Sequence record: MK817115.1
Reading direction: 5' to 3' (one strand)
Length of the DNA: 64,000 nucleotides
This document shows, in pieces, positions 55,149 to 64,000 of this stretch (position 1 is its first letter; each line of letters opens with the position of its first letter). The position numbers and the translations under genes are program-made. The notes under the pieces are model-generated. The model was not told where the DNA came from and made no database searches. It was given only the letters and a program-made list of their open reading frames with translations.

Positions 55149-55974
55149 ATTTTTTACATTCTTCTTTAAACAATTTCATCATAGATTTCTTTTCATTATC
55201 TTGAAAACCATTATTGTCAAGAAATGTCTCAAATGTTTTTTTATCATACTGCAATAGAACAATTTTGTACTCATCTTCATTCATTTGAGTAGATATAGTA
55301 TCAGGTTGTGAGCTTTTAATTAACTCAAATAATTCGTTATTTGCCTTTTTGAAATTCTTAGAAAAGTTTAACCAGTTACGTGGCATTTCTTGTCCACCAA
55401 TCATATCATGGACTGAACACATAAGCTGATATACTAATTCTGGATGTTCTTTCATATCCCAAAATCCATCATTAACCATATCATTTAGCATAATAAGTTG
55501 GTATTTGACAACTTCAGTATCTACTAATGAAACAATTTCGGAACCTGATACGCCAAATTCGACCATTGAGGATATTAATTTTTGTGCGTCATCTTTTGAT
55601 TGGACTGCAAATTTAATACGCCAATCATAATCACTATGACAGTACTTAGTTACTGATGAAACATTTGTCCCTGAAGACTTTAATTCAGTAACTAGTTCAG
55701 TCAGTGCTTCTTTACCACCAGATTTCCATTTTCCAAATACACTTTCAACTTTACTACTAGGGTAGGTTACTTGTAACGAATCATCTAAAGAGCTTACCCA
55801 TCGCAAAACAGTATATGGAGTAAACTCTTTTCGTTCTTTTTCGGTCATGTCATTATAGTACTTATAATCAGCACGGTCAATGTGTTTTAGAAATTCAGCA
55901 ATAGAAAAAGAATGCTGTGTTGGTTTTTCATCATCATCGACCGACTTATTTTTAATATTACTGAAATCAAACAC
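55129..55974 (-). CDS. Hypothetical protein, possibly a gp62-like clamp loader subunit with an internal insertion
   Basis: KHIDRADYKYYNDMTEKERKEFTPYTVLRWVS...DMKEHPELVYQLMC recalled from gp62-like proteins of this clade. Confidence 0.4.
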   Translation of the reverse strand: MFDFSNIKNKSVDDDEKPTQHSFSIAEFLKHIDRADYKYYNDMTEKERKEFTPYTVLRWVSSLDDSLQVTYPSSKVESVFGKWKSGGKEALTELVTELKSSGTNVSSVTKYCHSDYDWRIKFAVQSKDDAQKLISSMVEFGVSGSEIVSLVDTEVVKYQLIMLNDMVNDGFWDMKEHPELVYQLMCSVHDMIGGQEMPRNWLNFSKNFKKANNELFELIKSSQPDTISTQMNEDEYKIVLLQYDKKTFETFLDNNGFQDNEKKSMMKLFKEECKKYGKEIK

Positions 55975-55978
55975 TATT

Positions 55979-56476
55979 TTATACTCCTAGATACAAATCT
56001 TGAATTTTTTCGTTTTCATCTGCAAAGTACACACATGGTGGATTTTCACCACTATGTAGTGGGACGCATAGTAAATTCTTTTTAGGTAACATTGGTATCT
56101 GCCACTTTGTAGTTAATGCAAATACACGTAGTACTTTGACTGGTTCAAACTTAGGATACATTGAACGGATAGGATTGTAAACAAAAGCTTTTGGTTCTTT
56201 CATGTTAAGAATGTTTTCAATTGTACACATCTCAACCATACCAGTTTCTTCATCACCTAACATAATTTGCCATCCTAGAGGCACTTGAATAATCTTTTCA
56301 CCAATTTGAAGATCAGCACTAATACTATTAAATGATACGGTGTTTAGAATATGTCTAAAATAAAAATCAGATTCACCATTTGGGCTTAGATCCAAAACAC
56401 AATACATTTCTTCAGGGATATGTTCTGTTACTAAATCCATGTCAAAAGAATTATTTTCAGGTGTTAATACGTTCAT
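55979..56476 (-). CDS. Conserved hypothetical protein
   Basis: 165 aa; AAGGAG SD. Confidence 0.7.
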   Translation of the reverse strand: MNVLTPENNSFDMDLVTEHIPEEMYCVLDLSPNGESDFYFRHILNTVSFNSISADLQIGEKIIQVPLGWQIMLGDEETGMVEMCTIENILNMKEPKAFVYNPIRSMYPKFEPVKVLRVFALTTKWQIPMLPKKNLLCVPLHSGENPPCVYFADENEKIQDLYLGV

Positions 56477-56485
56477 GTCATCTCC

Positions 56486-56914
56486 TTAGTACTGCGAATC
56501 TTCTTCGTCATCATAATATTCTTCATCATCTTGGTCTTCTACCCCATAAAATTCAAGTCCATAAGTTTCACACATCTCTTGAATTTTATCTACATCAGTA
56601 TCCAGATATGAATCAAAATTACCACTTAGACTTACTACATCAATAAAAGTTTTCGTGTCAGTACTTGCATAGATGATATCATATTTCAATGATTCTACTT
56701 TAGAATCAATTCGTGTCTGTAATTCATAGATATTAATCCAAGAATCACTATCAATATTACATCTCCATACGTTAGTATCATCCGTTTCTAGCTCAGGTAT
56801 ATAGTCAAGAGAAGATACCATGTCATCCATAATACCATCATCGTTCAACAATACATCCATAACTTCTAAAGTTTCTTGGTCACAAATAAAAGCAATACTA
56901 GATCTCAATTCCAT
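56486..56914 (-). CDS. Acidic hypothetical protein
   Basis: 142 aa, Asp/Glu-rich. Confidence 0.65.
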   Translation of the reverse strand: MELRSSIAFICDQETLEVMDVLLNDDGIMDDMVSSLDYIPELETDDTNVWRCNIDSDSWINIYELQTRIDSKVESLKYDIIYASTDTKTFIDVVSLSGNFDSYLDTDVDKIQEMCETYGLEFYGVEDQDDEEYYDDEEDSQY

Positions 56915-56948
56915 TTTATTTTACATCCTTGTTGTTGTCATATGACAC

Positions 56949-56976
56949 ATTATATCACAAACAGCGGGTTTATCCC
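56949..56976 (-). promoter_or_regulatory. Candidate middle promoter GGGATA-N16-TATAAT (TGTGA-extended)
   Basis: Same spacing as the other members. Confidence 0.6.
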
Positions 56977-58454
56977 GCTGTGTTTTCCCAATCTTTAACA
57001 TCTATTATACTATGAGGATATTGTGCTTCCTTATAGTAAGCTAAACGTTCTCGTAAATGCTTGGCACTATACTTATTAGAACCACTAATATCATATATTT
57101 CTACGTGGTCTTTATCTTCTGCTCGGCGTAATCCACGTCCAATTGACTGTATAGTTCTTACAAAACTTTTTCCTGGCTCAATCAATACTACATTATATAA
57201 CCTTGAAATACTAATACCAGTACTGGCAACGCCGTATGTCGCAATAAGTATTTTATTATCAGCCCAACGAATTTCACCATAAGATGATTCTCGATCTTTC
57301 TTTTTAGTTTCTCCACGAACGAATTCTGATTTGGGAATGCCTAAAAATTCACATAGCAACTCACCTGCTTCAAGTCTATCTACTAAAACTAAAGTGTTTC
57401 CTGATTCAGATAACGCAGATATCAATGACGCTACATATGCCATCCTATCTCTGTCAGTTACTAAGTATTTCAACTCTTCAGCATATGATGCAAACTTCAT
57501 ACTACTTTTTAGTTTGATGCAATTCACATTACATGTACTTAGTATTTGTTTATCTTGTAATTCCTTTGCAGTTATTTTAAATATAACATCACCAACATTA
57601 CATTTGATTTTCGCGGCAACTACCGGATCTTTAGGAATTGTTCCAGTAAGACCCCAACGTAATGGTACGTTATTCATAACTTTAGAAAGTACTTGAACTA
57701 ATGCGTCACCGCCTGCACCTTGACACTCATCAACGATAACACAAACTACTCCATCGATAAAATCATTCACGTCTTGTTCAGTTAATTCAATTTCACCTTT
57801 CTTGGTTTTCTTCCATAGAGAGTTAAATGATTGCCAAGTCGTAATAGTATGTTGGTGACCAAAATCTTTTTGTGAACCATAGAACATGCCAGTATCCAAC
57901 CCACACATAATGTAGTCATCATATGTTTGTTGTACTAAGTCAGTACTTGGTACTATTATAACAGAACGTCCATACTCTTGCACTTTCTTTGACAATGCAG
58001 CAGTAATGAGAGTTTTACCTGCACCAGTAGCTGCCAATAGTAGTCCGTGTGGATTAGCCAAACATGCATTAACCGCATTAACTTGATGTTCACGTAGTTT
58101 TATGGATTTACCTTCCATGTGGTGTCCTGCACCGAATACAACATCACTAAAAATATCTTCATCAATGGGGTCAAATTTAAATCCATAATCTACCCTATGA
58201 TCTACTAATTCAATGTCAATCTTAGCTTCATCAAGAATAGGCAATAACTTATCTAACATATGATAATAAGTTGTCCCGCCTAAATTCATAAACTGAACTT
58301 TACCATCCCAACGTCCAATACGTCCTGCTGGTGTGAACTTTGCATATGGTAACACATATTCAGTTGCACGAATCATCTTTTGTCTAATTGAGGGATCAAG
58401 TCCCTCAAATTTACAATTCACCTCATCCAATAAGGTTAACTTACAAGTTTTCAT
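56970..58454 (-). CDS. uvsW: UvsW-like SF2 DNA helicase
   Basis: LREHQ, ATGAGKT, VDECQ, GLTGT, IQSIGRGLR. Confidence 0.92.
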   Translation of the reverse strand: MKTCKLTLLDEVNCKFEGLDPSIRQKMIRATEYVLPYAKFTPAGRIGRWDGKVQFMNLGGTTYYHMLDKLLPILDEAKIDIELVDHRVDYGFKFDPIDEDIFSDVVFGAGHHMEGKSIKLREHQVNAVNACLANPHGLLLAATGAGKTLITAALSKKVQEYGRSVIIVPSTDLVQQTYDDYIMCGLDTGMFYGSQKDFGHQHTITTWQSFNSLWKKTKKGEIELTEQDVNDFIDGVVCVIVDECQGAGGDALVQVLSKVMNNVPLRWGLTGTIPKDPVVAAKIKCNVGDVIFKITAKELQDKQILSTCNVNCIKLKSSMKFASYAEELKYLVTDRDRMAYVASLISALSESGNTLVLVDRLEAGELLCEFLGIPKSEFVRGETKKKDRESSYGEIRWADNKILIATYGVASTGISISRLYNVVLIEPGKSFVRTIQSIGRGLRRAEDKDHVEIYDISGSNKYSAKHLRERLAYYKEAQYPHSIIDVKDWENTAG

Positions 58455-58469
58455 CCATGATTACCTTTA

Positions 58470-59288
58470 TTAATTAGTTCGAGTATTATATTCGTACTCA
58501 AATGTATATACTAAATCTTTATCACAGTTAGGGTTACTTGCATCTAAAATGTCACTATTAGTAATCATCCATTCAATGTAATTCAATGGAACTGTACTCA
58601 TTGGCTCACCTTTGTGTTTACCAAATGGCATGAATTGATAACGCATTGGTGTGTTGCAGAAAGTTACAATTTGCTCACCAATATCACCATTAGGTTCGAT
58701 ATATCCACGTTCGATTGCAATTTCAACTAATTTGATTAGAACCTGATAACACATAAACACATCGTCTTTTGCTGCGTGTGCATTAACAGGTCGATGAACA
58801 TCACGATAACATCCAAACTTATACCACAAATAACTTAGAGTTAAGTTTTTAAATTCAATATCTTCTGCGAACATTTTCTTAGCAAGACGAAGGGTACAAA
58901 TCCATTTATTTTCATCAAGTAAGTACTGTGAAATTGAGTTACGATATTTATATTCGTTATCTACCATCATTCTACGGTCAAATTGTACATTATGACCAAC
59001 AAAATACTTACGGCAGCCCATAAGTGCATCAATGTTATCTAAATCATCTTTATACCCAACACAATTAGCTACATCCTCAGTACTGATAAAGTGCACAGCA
59101 GATGCCTCTGGTGGAATATCTTTCAAGGGTTTGTATCTCAATGTATAGTTATCAATAGTATCAATGTTTTCATGTGAAGTATGTGGATACGAGATACTAA
59201 ATTCAATAATATCATCTTCACTCTCAACCCCAGTAGTTTCAGTATCTAGAACTGCTACATTTGATAAAAACTCATTTAATTTTGTCAT
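58470..59288 (-). CDS. DEDDh 3'-5' exonuclease (DnaQ/ExoX-like) with a C-terminal MPFGKHKG module
   Basis: LDTETTG, GHNVQFD, AHAAKDDV. Confidence 0.88.
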   Translation of the reverse strand: MTKLNEFLSNVAVLDTETTGVESEDDIIEFSISYPHTSHENIDTIDNYTLRYKPLKDIPPEASAVHFISTEDVANCVGYKDDLDNIDALMGCRKYFVGHNVQFDRRMMVDNEYKYRNSISQYLLDENKWICTLRLAKKMFAEDIEFKNLTLSYLWYKFGCYRDVHRPVNAHAAKDDVFMCYQVLIKLVEIAIERGYIEPNGDIGEQIVTFCNTPMRYQFMPFGKHKGEPMSTVPLNYIEWMITNSDILDASNPNCDKDLVYTFEYEYNTRTN

Positions 59289-59303
59289 TTTATTCTCGCA
59301 TAG

Positions 59304-59327
59304 AAAAAGGACGCGATATGCGTCCTT
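59304..59327 (-). terminator. Intrinsic terminator
   Basis: AAGGACGC-GATAT-GCGTCCTT plus a T-run. Confidence 0.8.
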
Positions 59328-59335
59328 AATGATAA

Positions 59336-59797
59336 TTATTCTAAACGTGCATCCTCAATACCAGCGGCACGTAGTCTCACAATATTGTTTAACTGAAAAG
59401 CTTTCATCTCTAAGGATTTAACAATACTTGAATATGTATTTCTTATATAAGATACCTCGTTTATAAGTTCTGCTAACTCACAAACATCTTTATCACCTTC
59501 AACATACTTTTTACAGTCAGATGAAGATAGTGCACGGCGGTATCCTTCGAGAAAGTATTTGAACTTCTCGGCTTGTACCTGACGCATTTCAATTTCTAAC
59601 ATTTCCAATACTGCTTCAAGTTCTTGAAGCTGGCTTAGACGCGTCTCATGCCAGCCAGGAATCTCTTGAGCAATTTTTTCAATGATGCCAATCTTCTTTA
59701 CTTCACGACGAGCTTCTTCAACTTCTTTGTTAAAGAACTCAATCATTTCAATAATTTTAGATTTATCATCTTTGATAATCCAATGCCAAGGTTTCAT
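59336..59797 (-). CDS. uvsY: UvsY-like recombination mediator
   Basis: Helical 153 aa, YVEGD, KAFQLNNIVRLRAAG; directly after uvsX. Confidence 0.75.
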   Translation of the reverse strand: MKPWHWIIKDDKSKIIEMIEFFNKEVEEARREVKKIGIIEKIAQEIPGWHETRLSQLQELEAVLEMLEIEMRQVQAEKFKYFLEGYRRALSSSDCKKYVEGDKDVCELAELINEVSYIRNTYSSIVKSLEMKAFQLNNIVRLRAAGIEDARLE

Positions 59798-60915
59798 TAT
59801 TCCTCACTAATATCCACATCAGTACCAAAAGTTTCATCACCTTTTTCTTCTTCTTTAACTTCTTCAATCAAAGGATGATTTTTAAATTGATGCATTACCA
59901 AATCAAGACATGAATCTTCATTACGCATCCACTCTTTGCGATATTTTAGAATCTGTTCGCCAGTTACAATATCAACATACAATAGACGGTTACCTGATTT
60001 AGTGATTAGACCGTATTTTTCAAACATATCTAGTAGACCACTACGTGGGTCCATACCTTTATCCCAAGGAATTTTAATTTCTACATCTTCGAACGGCTTG
60101 TTGTAACGAGTCTTCATGACTTTACATTTAGCACGAATACCATTTACTTCGGAAGTTTTATTTCCGTCTTCATCTTCTTTAAGTTTTAATTTACCCATTG
60201 CGATAACCATAGATGAAGCATAAATCAAGCCACTACCACCTGAAACTTTAGGATCTGGGTTAAACATGTCCTGAGATTCATAACTGTGGTTAACGCAAAC
60301 CATACCAATGTTCAATGAACCAATAGAGTTTACACAGTTTGTGATATATGCTTTAAGCTGTTTGGGTTTATGACCCATGTCACCTTTAAGGTTACCCGCT
60401 TTCATTTGATCATTGGCTACTTCAGTGTTTAGCATACCAATTGAATCAATAATAAACAATACTTTTTGACGTTCATCTTTAGGTGTATTTTCGTATTCTT
60501 TACGATATCCTTCAATGAACTCATAGGTGAATTTTGCAACGTCACCAATCATACCCATATTGACTTTCAAAAGTTTTTCTTCAGAAGTGTCAACACCAAG
60601 TGCTTGAAGCCAATCTGAATCCAATGCGTTCTCTGAGTCAATCATAACAACAAAGATGCCTTGTTTTTGAGCTTCACGTGCAATATTACCAGATACGATA
60701 AAAGATTTACCACTACCTGATTCACCAGCAAACATCGTTACTTTGCCTAGTGGGATACCACGGTCAAAATAGCCACTGATGCGATAATTTAGTGCATAGT
60801 TACCAGTACTAACCCATGTATCTGGATCATGAAAACCAACACTAACACCAGTATTCTTTTTAACACTACCAGTACTGTTTTTAAGAATGTTCGCAAAACC
60901 ACTTGTCATTTTCAT
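59797..60915 (-). CDS. uvsX: UvsX/RecA recombinase
   Basis: STGNYALN, AGESGSGKS, IDSENA, IDSIG, SGGSG. Confidence 0.95.
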   Translation of the reverse strand: MKMTSGFANILKNSTGSVKKNTGVSVGFHDPDTWVSTGNYALNYRISGYFDRGIPLGKVTMFAGESGSGKSFIVSGNIAREAQKQGIFVVMIDSENALDSDWLQALGVDTSEEKLLKVNMGMIGDVAKFTYEFIEGYRKEYENTPKDERQKVLFIIDSIGMLNTEVANDQMKAGNLKGDMGHKPKQLKAYITNCVNSIGSLNIGMVCVNHSYESQDMFNPDPKVSGGSGLIYASSMVIAMGKLKLKEDEDGNKTSEVNGIRAKCKVMKTRYNKPFEDVEIKIPWDKGMDPRSGLLDMFEKYGLITKSGNRLLYVDIVTGEQILKYRKEWMRNEDSCLDLVMHQFKNHPLIEEVKEEEKGDETFGTDVDISEE

Positions 60916-60941
60916 AATTCGCTCCTTGAATTTTATGAAAT

Positions 60942-60966
60942 AAAACGGGGCAAACTCCGTTGCCCC
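60942..60966 (-). terminator. Intrinsic terminator after gp32
   Basis: GGGGCAA-ACTCCG-TTGCCCC plus T4. Confidence 0.75.
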
Positions 60967-60984
60967 TTAACTTTTCAAAAACTA

Positions 60985-62037
60985 TTACTTACCTTGTTGT
61001 TTCAAACGAGCAACTAGTGCAGATGCAGATAGTTGTTCTTTTGGTGCTTCAGGAGTGGTTGCTGCTGGGGTAGCGACTGGAGTTACTGGAGCAGCTTGTG
61101 GGGCTGGTGTAACTGGAGCAGTAGGTGCTACTGGTGCAGGTGCTGACTCTTGTTGTACTGGAGCAGGAGTTGGTTTTGATTCAGTAACAGTTCCAGAGTT
61201 AGGTTTTGGTACACCTGCTGGACGATATGCAAATGCCCAACGTGCTGGATCATATGCTTCACCATTTACTGATGCTTCGAACATTTCTTCAATTGCTTTC
61301 AACTCTTCTGGAGTTGGTTGTTTTGGCATAAAATCATTTAGATTGTATAGGCCATATTTTTCAATTGCTGCTAGTTCTTCTTCGTTTAGTGGACGCTCAG
61401 ACATGGAGAATTGAGACATGTCGTAGCTATTATAACCACCACCATTCTTAGTTTTAACAATACCAAAATCACGACCTTGAACGTAGTGAGTTGGAGACTC
61501 TTTGATGCCTGGATTTAGCAGGATGGATTTAACTTTATCAAAGATATCTTTGTTAGCCAGAATACGACGAATTGGATTTTCTGGTGCAATGTCGTCTTTT
61601 ACTGCAACGCTATCAGGAGCAATAAAACATTGCATTAGATAGGTTTTCTTCTTCCAGTAACGACCAGCCATTGCTTTTAGTTCTTCGTTCCCTGTTTCAT
61701 TCGCACTTTGGAACCATTGACGTACTTCTTTCAGAACCGGACAGGATTTAGGAACCCACATTTCGTTACAAGGTACTTGAACGGTAACTTTATCAGTGTG
61801 CATACCGACTACACCATTGAAAGTTAGGTTAATCATGTCACGTTCACGCCAGAAGAATGGGTTAGACTCATCTGCATCTGGTAGAAAACGTAGGTTTAGT
61901 GGTTCGTTATAAGGTACGTTCCAGAAAGCTAAGAACGAATCAGCTTTACGCTCGCCAGTAAATGTACCATTCTTTTGAGCTTCTGCTTTTTCTTGTTCTG
62001 CTTTTAGGTGTGCACGAATTTCAGCTAGAGATTTCAT
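60985..62037 (-). CDS. Single-stranded DNA-binding protein (T4 gp32-like)
   Basis: LRFLPD, PCNEM...CPVL, YWKKK, GRDFGIVK, YDMSQF. Confidence 0.88.
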   Translation of the reverse strand: MKSLAEIRAHLKAEQEKAEAQKNGTFTGERKADSFLAFWNVPYNEPLNLRFLPDADESNPFFWRERDMINLTFNGVVGMHTDKVTVQVPCNEMWVPKSCPVLKEVRQWFQSANETGNEELKAMAGRYWKKKTYLMQCFIAPDSVAVKDDIAPENPIRRILANKDIFDKVKSILLNPGIKESPTHYVQGRDFGIVKTKNGGGYNSYDMSQFSMSERPLNEEELAAIEKYGLYNLNDFMPKQPTPEELKAIEEMFEASVNGEAYDPARWAFAYRPAGVPKPNSGTVTESKPTPAPVQQESAPAPVAPTAPVTPAPQAAPVTPVATPAATTPEAPKEQLSASALVARLKQQGK

Positions 62038-62124
62038 ATATATCTTCCTTGATTTTGGGTTTCTTTGTTATTTGTTAATTGGCTTCAATGTTTCAGAAAC
62101 TTCATTGTTCCTTCAACGTTTTAC

Positions 62125-62152
62125 ATTATAGCACAGGTTTTTATACTGTCCC
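62125..62152 (-). promoter_or_regulatory. Candidate middle promoter GGGACA-N16-TATAAT (TGTGC-extended)
   Basis: Upstream of gp32-uvsX-uvsY. Confidence 0.7.
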
Positions 62153-62164
62153 ATATTTTTTTAA

Positions 62165-64000
<1,836 letters not shown>

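Overview
A 64-kb, AT-rich segment (roughly one-third GC by eye) of a lytic T4-related jumbo myovirus genome. Gene content and order resemble the RaK2/GAP32/121Q-like group; this is from recall, not a search. Almost all genes are on the minus strand. About 1-18 kb is an accessory region of small genes under consensus sigma70 promoters. It holds a 10-member paralog family sharing a C-terminal EExxFQxS[TL] motif, a C5 DNA methyltransferase, a NADAR-like protein, a LemA-like/membrane pair and TelA. About 18-64 kb holds the core replication, recombination and nucleotide genes: clamp loader, GroES, topoisomerase II (2 genes), Dda, RNase H, DHFR, NrdAB, helicase, primase, UvsW/X/Y, gp32 and the terminase 3' end. 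It also holds host-like regulators (IF-3, ClpS-like) and late genes with TAAATA promoters. Most notable observations: (1) the motif-tagged paralog array; (2) two tandem T4-holin-like genes, each interrupted by a +1 frameshift at the same CGG-A sequence; (3) a 55-aa Hfq/Sm-like ORF missed by the ORF track; (4) strong over-representation of the palindrome AGTACT; (5) a miniaturised DnaE split into two genes 30 kb apart without inteins; (6) a candidate middle-promoter class, GRRACA-N16-TATAAT, in front of replication genes. No tRNA, rRNA, CRISPR array, intron or transposase was recognised. All product calls come from motif recognition by eye.
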